Assembly: GCA_015680685.1 (NCBI GenBank)
Contig: MNCI01001868.1
Coordinates: 615,420-679,419, forward strand
Origin: Gnetum montanum
Taxonomy: Eukaryota; Plantae; Gnetophyta
DNA: 64,000 nucleotides
Direction of reading: 5' to 3'
Shown here: piece by piece, positions 13,451 through 25,731 of the stretch
Numbering within the stretch: the stretch's first letter is position 1
Layout of the letters: the number at the start of each line of letters is the position of its first letter
Made by a program: the position numbers and the translations under genes
Notes under the pieces: model-generated
What the model was told of the DNA's origin: nothing
Seen by the model: only the letters and a program-made list of their open reading frames with translations
Database searches by the model: none

Positions 13451-13745
13451 CTAGAAAATTTGAATAGATAGCCATATTTACCTAGGCTTGAATCAAAAAA
13501 AAAACAAATTTAGGTTTTATTGTTTAAAAATAAATAATGTTAAATGTTAAGATAAATGATGTCAAAATATCGTCGATGTCAAAACTTCCAAGGCATGTAT
13601 TGTTTCTAAGTTATAAAAGTAGTGGAAAAGGAAAATTTGATACCAAAACTTTTAATTACATTAGAGCATCTTAAGAAACAATGTACAAGTAGAGTAGATA
13701 GTGACAACAATACTAGATGATGAGAGAATAATGGTAAGTGGAAAT

Positions 13746-16700
13746 TGTAATAGTCAAGTGTCTAGGAATGATTCTAGCAATACCAAGAAACTACCTTAAC
13801 CCCAATTATTCCCTCCTAGAGCCCACATATGAGTAATTCAAAATCTAGTTAGGAATTATTTTTGTAGAGTTTGCTACTATTCCTTTGGTTTTCTATAACA
13901 ACTACTTTTGATTTCTATAATTTAATAAAATTTTGCTAGTAATTACAATACTATGGTTAGATGTAGTAAATATTTTAAAGATTAGATTTAAGCTTTTGGT
14001 TTGATTTTGTTATGGGTATTGAAAATCCCATAGTGTAACCTTAGTTTTAAGGGTTTTGAGAAATCCCTAGATTTATTACTAGGAATTTCATGCATGTACT
14101 AATTTTTTTTTCTCCAAAATTCATAGGTAGGGAATGCCTCAATCATCTAGAATTTTAAGCAGATTTGCTACTTGGTTGAAGAGAAATTATGTTTTTTCAT
14201 GTCAATATTATAGTTCAATAAACAATGATGCTAAGGCAAAAATATTCTATTATTTTAAGCTAAGTTTGCCTAAATCTAGTAGATGATTTGAGTTTCTTGG
14301 ATAAAAATATTCATAAATCAACATTTTCATAGAAAAATTTATAATTTTTATTGCAAATTTTAAGAAAATATGGATTTAGAGGTTTTCACGAAGAACATGA
14401 TGTGAGGGTTCCAACGTGACCACATTTTTATGAAATGTCTAAGTATTAGAATTAACACATGAAATGACATCTTGAATTAGAGTAAACTTTAACATAAAAC
14501 ATCAAAACCTCATAGTTTAATTTTAATGCATCACATTAAAAGCTCAAAGGAAGTTTTAACATAAGTATCGAATGGAGTCAATATGTTTCAATGTATCAAA
14601 ATAAGTTATAAGATTTAGTGTAAAAAACTATGCTTTCAACACTAAATCATTTTGACATCTATTATAGGGATGTAGCAGCATTTAGGCTCCTTTTCATTAA
14701 GCCTATGTTCTTTATCTTAATAAAACAAAGAAGCATCTTGGAAAATAAATGTAGAAAGCCATGACCTATCAAGGGTAAGTATCTTTTTGATGATGTTACT
14801 TTGATGCCACAAATATCATGGGCTTGCAAGGGAGCTGCATAATTTCTAAAGTTGTACATTACTCATTTTTACATGGTAATATGGATGGGCCTAGGAGCAG
14901 AATTCATCCAGCAAACTTTGGTGGAAATTATACTAGGATTATCTATAGAGCTCATAAAAATAGTTTTAAAAAGTGGTCTAAGATTGAAGAGCTATCTAAA
15001 TATATCCTAATGTATAAGAAGTCCTTGGACAAGCTATGGGAAACAAGAAAATATTGGCAATTCAATGCCAATAGCATATAAATCTTGGAAACTTAAACTT
15101 CAAAGGTAGTGTCTAACACTCTAGGCTCTTAAATTTTTATTGAGAGATGAGTTAGCAGTTTAAGAGTTAAGAAAAGTTTCAAAGTTAGTGTTATTTTAAC
15201 TAAAACCACCTTTGATATTGTTATTCAAGTTTGTTAATTCTAACATATAAAGTCCTAAGATTTTTTACAGAACCTATTACAAGATCTTTTCTAGCATAAA
15301 AATTGGAGACCTCATGTGATGTTCCATTTTAATGCATAGTATAAGGGATTAAGACTACATACATTTTGGAATGAGTATAATAGGTGGGAATGGATTCATC
15401 TTTTATGGAATAAAGTCTATGGAGAGAACATAGAGTGGCCAAATGGATTAAGAATCATCCTAAGGCTAAAAAGTAAGTATAAGAATTTTTTAGAAGAGTT
15501 AAATAGAAGATGGACTAGATAGAAAATAAGACTAATAGTGAAATGTATTTACTTGTAGCTCAAATAAGCATTGATGATGCCAAATTCAGTGACATCATGA
15601 GTAGTAGAAGAGTTTAGAGTTAGGCTAACTAGTAAAGTTCAAAGGGCTCAAAGTGGCTTTTTGAGGGAGAAGGAATCAAGTACTTTATTAAATTTAATAG
15701 GATAAAAATTTTGTATGCTTTAGGATTCAATCATCCCTACCATAGTGTAGTAGAATGTGTAGGCTTCATAAAGAGCTATTCAATGGAGAAGGCTATTTTT
15801 GTGGTTTGTGTAGACTAAAAATAAGTCATCATTACTTGGGACTTAGATACACTGAGGTATTGGTTAGACTTTCTAGAAAAAAAATAAAGATTGATCATTT
15901 GAAGCTAGACTTAAGAAAACTATTAGTCATGGAGAAATGGATGATGTTAGGGAAGAATGATGCCATCAATGTACACAAGGGAAAAATGAAGATTTAAAGA
16001 AGTTGTTCCCTTTGTTCATTGAAAGGATATTCTATAATAAAATAGATCAAAAATAGAAGATGGTCCATAGGTGGTTGTATCAGCTATATGGAGTGATTTC
16101 CGAAGGGAGGGTAGCCAGCTAAAAAATATTTACTTATCAAGGGGTAGTTCAAGAAATGGAGAAATTTCCCCAAGAAGAAAAAATGGAAAGAAAAAAATGA
16201 GAAGCAAGAGGATCAATTTTTAATTTTATTATGGATTAATAAAGGTTGCAAAAAAATTATTTGAAAGATGTGAAGAGAAGTAAGCTAGCATTACTTTAGT
16301 AGTAGATTTTAGGCCACGATTATGCTAACACATTGGGAGTCTAATGTCTACTTATAGCATTTGAGGAGGTAGTGCTTTGACATTGGTGTCAAAAAGTAGG
16401 TAAGAGATGGACTCATCAATGTTAGAAAGCAAGGAAGCAAGAAAGAAGGAGATCTTGGAGAGCACCTTAGGAATTGTGGAGAAGGAAAGAGCTTTAAGAA
16501 CAATGAAGTCTCTTTCAGAGAAGAAAGCACCTCCTTGAAGAACCAAGAAATAAATGCCTTCTAGAAGAAGCTAGAAGAATGAATAAGTAACTTTATTCCT
16601 ATTTCCCATATTCTACTAACTATTAATGATGTGGAATATTTTCTAGTTTTATGTTAAGGGATGATGTGGTACTAACATGTTAGTTATTTTGCACAAGTTG

Positions 16701-16914
16701 CTTGTGATAAGAGAGCCTTGGAATGGAAGGAAAAAAAGCTATTTTCCAACCTTTCTTCGATCTCCAAGGATCAAAAGAAATATATGAGTAGAGAGAAAAT
16801 AGATTTCTTACATGACTTGATTTCTTTAGGGGAAAAAAAGGGAATATGGAAATTTTGGCTTTTTTATAACCTTTTTATTTTAAACTTTGATGAAATAGGC
16901 TACGAGGTGTAACA
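13746..16914 (+). mobile_element. Heavily decayed long LTR-like sequence (possibly Tekay/Del type)
   Basis: Begins tgtaata after a purine-rich tract and ends ggtgtaaca; no coding motifs; boundaries tentative. Confidence 0.3.
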
Positions 16915-17986
16915 AAGATAGGATAGAGAAAGGGATGAACTACTAGAACTAGGGATCCCAACTTCACCTCTTGCAAATATTACTCCTCCACCTAGAAAAC
17001 AAAATTTAAATGATTTGAAGATTTGCAAGTGGATAAAAAAAAGTAACAAGTTCAAAGCTCTCCACATTTGACAATAATTATGTTTGATATCATGTTAAAG
17101 ATTACACATCAATTTTATAGACATAGAAGATGAAACACCACCAAGAAAACACATGTTGAAACTTGTAACCTTCACCAATCAACTTGAGGCAAAATTTCAT
17201 TGTAAATATAAGGTTATTAGCCCATGAGTTGCAATCTTGCATACTTTAGGCTTTTGGGACTAAATAATGCCTCATAAGTTGTTATGCCTCACTTCCCAAG
17301 TGGAAAAAGCATTATCATTTCTATATATGGGCTTGGAAAGGCTAAAAATGCCTTGGAGACTACCAAATTTGGCATTTTCATCAATTTTTGTAGAGTTAGA
17401 ACCTCAACTATGTTGAATCCATCTATCCTCAACGTAGATGGTGTTGGATTTTTACTTTCTAGCAACAACACCTAGTGTAGTTACCACAAAGCCCAATATA
17501 GTTGCAAGACCAACATTGGTGTTGTTGGGTTTTTCGTTTTCCTAGTAATGGCTAGTGTAGTCATAACATTTTCCAAGTGATAGCAACATGACTAGCATAG
17601 ACATCATGGATTTCCAATAGATGTAGTTTGGCTAGCATAGTCACCATGCTTTTAGTAGATTTCAACAAATCTTAGCATAGTCCTCAAAGTCTAGCATAGT
17701 CAAGGTGAAGTCTAGCATATTCACAAAAGTCTATTTACTATTTGTAGTATGAAAATGGGTTTTGATGACCTTGTTACATCAAAACTTATCAAAAATTATC
17801 AACTACGCTAGAAATCATAGTTTTTACATCTGCAAACAAACACCAATTTGTTAGTAATCTTGTTAGTATTTCGTAGCATTAAATTAGCAACCTAAAGCCT
17901 ATAAAACCCAAGCTTTAACACCATATTCAAGTTTGGAACACTTTTCAATAGTGAAAAACCACCAAATTCACATGTTGTAACCTTTG

Positions 17987-18918
17987 TGATGAGACGTGAT
18001 TTGCATAGGCCGCGATATCACGTACGCGATATCGTGTCTGCCGCAATATCGCATCCCCCGCGATATCGCGTCTTCCCTACGATATCGCGTATGCGATATC
18101 GCAGTCCACTGCCATATCTATAAATAAGAGGCAGCTCTTCCTTGTTTGGCAATTAGGAGTTAGAAGTAGCGAAGCTCTAGCAGTTTGATCCCTCCAAAGT
18201 TAGATTATTTTTCCCGTGTCTACCCGCAGTGTGGTGAATGTAATTGTACGGTGTCTCTATTCGAGTGTGACGTACTTGGACATGCACATGATCGGCAATA
18301 AAGATTGAGATTACTTCATCATTGCAGCATTCACTTTGTTATTTATTTATTTTATTTATTTATTTAATTTTATTTACTATTTTCTCTCTCTCACCCTTAA
18401 ACTCCTAGAATGCGGAACGAGTACGACTTGATTACGAGCATTTAAGTGTGACTACTTGGTTACCCAGTGGCATAGCTAGGATCTACATTTGGTAACCTAG
18501 TGGTGTATCTGGGATCTATGCTTGGTAATCCTAATGGCGTACCTAAGATCTACGCTTGGTAATCCCAATGGTAGTCATGCACGAGGTCCAAGATGTGTAT
18601 GGTTGATCAAGGAACCGGTTGCTCATTGCACTTAGGCTAGATTAGATTTTCTTACCATTTTCCTCCTAGCTTAGCTTAGTTAATATTATTTTCCACTACC
18701 TTCAAAAGTAGCATAGATTAGGAACACATCATACACCTCATCTGGACTAAATCATACGTGAAAAATATACAATACTAGTCGAGGTGGGAAGACAGCAAAC
18801 TACGACCTAAGGATAACTGTCTAGGTACCACAACTAGTCCGTCTGCCGAGTTCGACCGGATTGTGCGTGCGATGCTCATTTCGTATGGTTGAGTGTAGGG
18901 GTACCTCACCACTCATCA
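17987..18918 (+). repeat. 5' LTR (932 bp)
   Basis: TG..CA termini; TATA ctataaata at ~18118; homologous to 25732-26431 (about 18 mismatches in ~210 bp compared by eye). Confidence 0.95.
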
Positions 18919-18919
18919 T

Positions 18920-18937
18920 TGGCGTCGTTGCCGGGGA
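18920..18937 (+). promoter_or_regulatory. Primer-binding site TGGCGTCGTTGCCGGGGA (Athila-type, tRNA-Asp-like)
   Basis: 1 nt after the LTR end; matches the Athila consensus TGGCGCCGTTGCCGGGGA. Confidence 0.9.
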
Positions 18938-19049
18938 TGGTGCTTGTTATCTAGATTAGTTATATCGTACAAGGTCATTGTAAAGAACTTAACGATATAT
19001 CTCTTAAAAATAAGTAATTATAAAAATTCACATAAATTCACACACAACA

Positions 19050-21040
19050 ATGCCTCTCCTACAAGACGATAATAATTCTACACGTAGTGAGGAAGTTCAT
19101 TAGAGAACTAATGAACTATATGACGATGAAGATTGGAGTATACAACCTGAAGTGGGAGTTTCTTATGAACATGAATGAAAACAACATCATCCCAACACAC
19201 GAATGCATAACTTACAAGATGACGATGAACCCCCACTGGCCACTACAAGCTTAACTCAAATACAAGAGGCTGTTCGAATCTCACGTAGGCATCGTGAAGA
19301 GAGCCGTCTACCCAGGCTTGATTTTAACAACTTTTCCAAATTTTCAGGAGGCTATGACTTAGATCCGCATCAACATTTACTAGCCTTCTACGATGCCTGC
19401 ACATGGAATAACATTGATAATGGGTGGCAAAAACTTAAGCTCTTTCCCATGACACTCGTTGACCAAGATAAAGTATGGTATAGATCGTTAAAACCAAATT
19501 CGATACAATGCTAGTCAACGATGGTAGAGGTGTTTAACAAAAAATATCAAACCTAAGCAAGATTGTCAGCCTTGAGGAAAAAAATCCAAGGATGGAAACA
19601 AGCAAAACATAAACCCTTGGACATGGCCTTAGAAAGATATTATGCACTATTAAACAACTTTCTAGACCATGCGTTTTCCAAGGAAAGGCTAATGTACCAT
19701 ATTATTGATGGGCTACATAATGAAACAAGAGAGACCTTAGGAACGTATGCCCAAGGTCAATTATACCAACTACGAACCCATCAAATCCAAGAGCTTGTTA
19801 AGTGGGTAGAAAAAGAAGAAGGAGAAATAGCTACATGGGAGAGTGTTGAAAAACATCAACAGGACCAAAATCACAACTTAACAAAGGTCCCTGATCATAA
19901 AAAGGAGAGATCAACAAATCTCAAGGTGGAAACATCATCTTTGCCAATACAACAATCGTTAGAAGAAGCTAAGGCAAAGATCAATAAGATTTTGGAATGG
20001 ATGTATCAAAAGTGTGAAGAACACATCAACACCATTGGAGATAGAGTTTTGACAACCCAAGAAGCAGGATAAAATAGTAGACATTCAGAAAGAAATAACG
20101 AAGGGAATAAGTGCTCAACTGCCAATCATACATATGAATGCAACATATGCCTATACGATCACCCCAAGGGCCAATGCCCAATATTGTTACATCTACATGA
20201 GCATTGGGGAAACACGTTACATCTAGAGTTTGTACAGAGATATTGTGTTCGATCATAGTGGCAACAATCCCAGTCGTGGGGGAATCCACCCTTAGACTGG
20301 AGGCACCCTTCATATTATCCGAATCCAAACGCTTATCACGTTCAACACCCTGTTTCTAACTAGGCCAACATACTCTATCTAACCACAATACCATTCTCCA
20401 CAATACTATCAAACCATACCTCCAACACAACCACCACCTTGTGCACCTTACATCCCTCCTAATCTTCAACATTCTCATCCTTTCCCTCCTTCCACAGTGC
20501 CACCAACTATTCCTAAGGTGTTTGTGCCACAGCAACAACCCACGAACAATACTTGTGCTACTGCTATTAATAGTAGTGAAAAGCCTCCTCAACATCAAAG
20601 GTGTCCTTTCTTTAAACATGGTCGTAGGAAGCAACAACACAATTCATAGGCCACTGCACCTTCCAACCCAGCACAAGTCCAACCCTATGGTGCACCCTTA
20701 CCTTCGAACCCAATGCCTCATGTAACTTCATCAGGGCCACCAACTAACACTCCAACAACCATACAGCCCAATGAACACAACCATGGGAGGCATCATCCTA
20801 ATCCTTGCATACCATATAATGGTCACCAACATCATAGTGGGTCAACTTGTTATCCGAGAACTACATGGTATGAAGTGCCCCATTATGCTTGTTATGAAGT
20901 GTGTGAAATCCAAGGGGATAAGTATAGACCGGTTCCAATACTTCCAACATGCAAGGATCCTTAGTTCCCATTTATTAATCCTTGCCATACTCAACCATTT
21001 AGTTATGGAGGATATCCCCCATTTCAATAACAAGCAGGAT
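19050..21040 (+). pseudogene. Retrotransposon gag pseudogene with Pro/Gln-rich C-terminal extension
   Basis: FSKFSG..DPHQHL.AF..C..KLKLFPMTL.D..K.WY.SL.PNSI (retrotransposon gag core) in ORFs 19203-19514 and 19563-20072; stops are mostly C>T type. Confidence 0.85.
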
Positions 21041-21236
21041 TAATAAATATTTTTCATTTTCTTTGATTTTACAACTTTTTGTTTTCCAGTTTTTCATTTT
21101 TTAACTTTTTATTCTATCTTTTTATCTTTTTGTGTGTGTTTTTTCTTTTTACATTTTTGTAAGTAATCTCATCTATGAATAAAACACTCATGTGGATCAT
21201 TGGTTGAGGTGTGTTTTATGTTATTAAGTCATGAGT

Positions 21237-21786
21237 NNNNNNNNNNNNNNNNNNNNNNNNNNNNNNNNNNNNNNNNNNNNNNNNNNNNNNNNNNNNNNNN
21301 NNNNNNNNNNNNNNNNNNNNNNNNNNNNNNNNNNNNNNNNNNNNNNNNNNNNNNNNNNNNNNNNNNNNNNNNNNNNNNNNNNNNNNNNNNNNNNNNNNNN
21401 NNNNNNNNNNNNNNNNNNNNNNNNNNNNNNNNNNNNNNNNNNNNNNNNNNNNNNNNNNNNNNNNNNNNNNNNNNNNNNNNNNNNNNNNNNNNNNNNNNNN
21501 NNNNNNNNNNNNNNNNNNNNNNNNNNNNNNNNNNNNNNNNNNNNNNNNNNNNNNNNNNNNNNNNNNNNNNNNNNNNNNNNNNNNNNNNNNNNNNNNNNNN
21601 NNNNNNNNNNNNNNNNNNNNNNNNNNNNNNNNNNNNNNNNNNNNNNNNNNNNNNNNNNNNNNNNNNNNNNNNNNNNNNNNNNNNNNNNNNNNNNNNNNNN
21701 NNNNNNNNNNNNNNNNNNNNNNNNNNNNNNNNNNNNNNNNNNNNNNNNNNNNNNNNNNNNNNNNNNNNNNNNNNNNNNNNNNNNNN
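21237..21786. other. Assembly gap (550 N)
   Basis: Run of n. Confidence 1.
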
Positions 21787-22219
21787 TGTGTTTTGTGGAG
21801 TTAGTGCAGATTACATTTAACCCTTCTAGTGCCCACAGACACTTTAAGTGTGATTACACAAGGGCATTATAGGTTGAAACCTACTTTGGGGAGGACCCAC
21901 TTGTGTAATTTTTCGTAATCTTCACTAATTCTCAAACCCAAACACACAATTTCTTATTGTCAGCTTAATTTTTCATAATTTTCTTTCCTTATTATTATCC
22001 CTCCAAATTTTAACGTTCCAATGTACCATTACATTCCCTTTTCTTCATAACCGCCAAATTTTTAATTGCTAAATTCACATCTTTATCATTACGAGTGCCT
22101 CTTGAATTAATGAAATTACCCTAGGATATCTTAATACTTGCCCATGTCCTCAATTTACACCATTAATTTCAATAAAATAATTAAAAATTCGATATTTTTC
22201 ATGTGTCCCACATCATTGG

Positions 22220-22314
22220 GGACGAGATATCACGTACGTGATATCGCGTCCCACGTGATATCGCGTACGCAATGTACCATACACAATATCATGTCCTATT
22301 TTCCTACAAATAGG
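22220..22314 (+). promoter_or_regulatory. Internal promoter-like region: GCGATATCGC-type array plus TATA-like cctacaaatagg
   Basis: gagatatcac-gtac-gtgatatcgc..gtgatatcgc..acaatatcat, the same motif and spacing as in the LTR array. Confidence 0.65.
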
Positions 22315-22777
22315 ACGCCCCCACCGCAACACTTAGCATCATTTTTCCATTTACGGAGGGGGAATTTTTGAAATTTTTCTCGACTTGCGATTGTGTGACC
22401 CTCGCTTTTTCACTCATATCTCGCTCACTGGTGCTCTGATTTTAATTCCGTTTGAACCTGCTTGAACCCAGAGTGTCCAATTTAGTCGTGGGGAAGAGAC
22501 ACTTGCCGAAAAGTCCCTAAATTTTTTGAAATTTATCCCATCCAAAGGACATCAATTAGGGTAATTAACACTAACACTTAGAAAAATTGTGCCAAAAATC
22601 ATATGACCTTAGGTACACCGGGAGATTAAAATGAAACCCACCTAAGTAATAGGATTCATTATTATAATTTTTGGGCACGATCACATGATAACATAAGATC
22701 TTTAATTAAAGGCATGTAGTAAGGTATAACTTGACTTTGAAAACAACCTTACTAACATTTGGCTCGTGTGATTACAG

Positions 22778-25555
22778 ATGGCCCCGAAACGTGCACAGCA
22801 AGGGGGTCCTGTTCAAGGTGGAGCGAAACAACCTAGGAGAGGTGGAAGACAGGTCCCTGCCGAACAACATGCAGAACAGGAGGTGCAATCATTCAGCATC
22901 CATCAAGAAGAACCTTCTAACAGATGGTCTAGGCAGGTAGAAAGAGGAGCTCCTGCTGCACCTGAACCGGGACAACAATTCACATTGCCCCTTGACTGTG
23001 TTCAGGCTATCCATGAGAAGTCCACATTCGCTGCTATGATTGTGGAGCTAAAATTCAAATCTTTTGCATAGTTCGCTCCTAAGGCTGTTAGGGATCACCT
23101 CAAGGGGTCTCCCTTATGGCCTGTCCTCTCTGAATGTGGTGCCTGGTACTTAGGTGAAATGTACCTGTTCTGGCACAATAAGGAGCAAGACACCACAATT
23201 AACATTTGTGGTGTGACAGTAGATTTTCCTACGTAGGCAATTTTGAAAGTGTTAACCTTCCAAATTCAGGCCCCCATGTTGCTCGGTTATCTACCCGATT
23301 GGACCCTAATGTGTGAAAGGATTGGTTAGAGAAGGCTTATGGCATAGATAAAGCTTTTGGTGAGCTGATGACAGAAGAGCAGGTTTATTTCAAAATTGGA
23401 ACCTATCACCTCTTCCCCAAAAAATTTTTGAAAAGAATATCGACGTATGTGGCAAGAGGATGTGCAGTGTTGATGGGAAAGGTTAATGCTAACCTTCCCC
23501 ATCTATATTTGACGGAGATCCTAAGGCGATTTGAAGAACTAAAGTCAGGGAAGATGGCACTACCTTTTCCCTACCTTATCAAGAAACTATGTCGACGGGC
23601 TGGTGTTTGAGGATACACAAATGACATCCTCCAAAAGGCCCAGAATGCTTCTTATGCTGAGTTATTAAAGGCATCAACTCCAAGAAAGAGCACTGGCGAA
23701 GAGATGAGACTAGATGAAGAAGAAGAACATATGACTGGATCACCTGCAACTCAACTTGCAGGACCCAGTCAACCTCTAGCCACAGGTCCTACCCAACAAC
23801 AAGAAGCAGGACCCAGCACAGACCAGGATCAACCACCACCACTGCAAGACTACAGACTGTCAATGAACCATCTTAAGGCCATCGCCGAGATGGTTAGTTG
23901 GGAAATTCATGATGACGTAAACCTCTTCCACATCATCGATGATGCCAACCAGCCTACTATTTCATTAGATCGCACAAGGGATGAATTATCAATTCAAATA
24001 GGAGGAGGGGAAAGCATATGGTCACAGCAGATCTCTGAAAATGCGACATCTTCTCAAGTGCAGTTAGAGACTGGTGAAGGGGCCACTATGGTGGTCATGC
24101 AACACCAGGATGTCGCGGGAGCTACTAAAGTGATCACTGACCATATCAAAGAATCCTTTAACGTACCTATTGTGCCATCGGTAGATCTTTCAGGAGCACG
24201 GGATGCTCCAAACCTCAATGACTCCTGTGGAACATGAGGATGCACTGGACAGATTGCTTCAAACAGGACAAGTTTTGACATCTTTGTTTAACATCCCACA
24301 GGATGTAACGGCAATTCAATCAAACCTCATTTCCACAAAGGGGAAGCTGGTCATATCCGAAGTAAGGGCCGAGCATGCTGAAGCTGAAGTGCAGAAACTA
24401 CAAGAGCAGCTCATAGCCTTACAAGCAGCACAGCGGGATCCTCTACAATTTGTTCCCGTAGACTAGCTAAAAAATTTCAGAACCAAGAAATTAACAAAGG
24501 TAATCGCAGAAAATAAGAAGGTGGCAAAAGAAAAGGAGATGGCCACTTGGGATGCCTCCACCACACAAGTGCAAAATCATGCACATCTTAAGGCACTCAA
24601 GGCCTTAGAAGAAGAGAATAAGCAGTTGGTTGCAAATAACCTTTGGTTGACTTCTATGGAGAAACAAAAGAATGTTCTCATTGAACACTTTCATCAGTTA
24701 CAAGAACAGTTCATTCAGGTCAACCGAGATTTAAGTTGTTTATCCAGAGAAAATCGAATCCTCTCAATGGAGGAGGTACGCGCTATTCGCCAAAAATCAG
24801 CCATTGAGATAAGCACGTGGCAGAATGAGGCTAAATGACACGAGAAGCTGAAGGAGCACTTCCGTGATCAGGTGGGAATGTACAAACAAATCTTGGAGAA
24901 GGAGATCCATATGGCCAATGCTCAAATCAACAACATCAATGCTTAGCACACTGATTGGAGGGCCATATTGGACACTTACGCCTTTGCCCACCAAGAAAAA
25001 ATTAAGAACCGGGACCTGAAGATTCAAGACTTAACCGAATACATGGAGTTGGCAAACCTTAGATATGCCAACTTGGCCATGTTAACAGTAGGATGCTCGA
25101 GGTCAGAGCTCGAGTAGTAGGTAGCTTCCACCCACATAAAATATGAAGCAAAATTTGCAGAGTGCAAAAAGATGGCTAAGAAACTAGATGTCGCAAATTT
25201 TGAACTTGTGGTGGTAAAAGAAAGCTACTGAGGACAGAAAGATGTTGCAACCGACTTAGCTTGATGGCTAACAGAGCTTCATGAATACAAAGACAAAGCC
25301 AGAGCCTATGAAGAGGAACGATAGGTGTTCGCAGCATGGTATGTCAAAGCTAATCAGATGTTCCCGCAACTACCTTGTTCATGGGAAGTGCCAACTCCGT
25401 CAAACATCAAAACATTAGCATGGATGGCACAAGATCCTTGAACCAAAGAGGAGAAGCTCCAGGCCATTCTTCAGCACCGTCAACCTTCAAATCTTGGAGC
25501 ACGTGACAAATGGAAAGCACCCATGGAGGAGCCACTGCCACTAGGAACTACATGA
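22778..25555 (+). pseudogene. Athila-type additional (env-like) ORF, ~925 codons, plant transposon domain plus long coiled coil
   Basis: Pieces 22778-23071, 23368-23610, 23704-24237, 24203-24466, 24521-24838 and downstream sequence form one ancestral ORF; motifs INICGVTVDF..AIL and LPFPYLI..LC..AGV; ATG directly follows TACTAAC..TTACAG. Confidence 0.85.
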
Positions 25556-25717
25556 GTTCCATTTTTCGTAGTGTAGTATTTTTTCTGTGTTGTGTCTTCC
25601 CACACTGCGGCTTCATTTCCTTTTTTGTTTTCATTTTTCTAGTTAATAATCCCATACCTATCCACTATGTAATCAATGAAGCTTGTTCTCCTTGTAACTC
25701 GAGGACAAGTTTTTATT

Positions 25718-25731
25718 TAGTCATGGGGGTA
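25718..25731 (+). promoter_or_regulatory. Polypurine-tract region (tagtcatgggggta) before the 3' LTR
   Basis: Adjacent to LTR start TGATGAG; conserved next to the LTRs at 59674 and 61048. Confidence 0.75.

Noticed and set aside
21200-21872. Long ORFs in the ORF track
   Set aside because: Artefacts of the N gap
22778-25555. True retroviral envelope gene or intact CDS
   Set aside because: Multiple stops and frameshifts; no signal peptide or TM segment evident by eye
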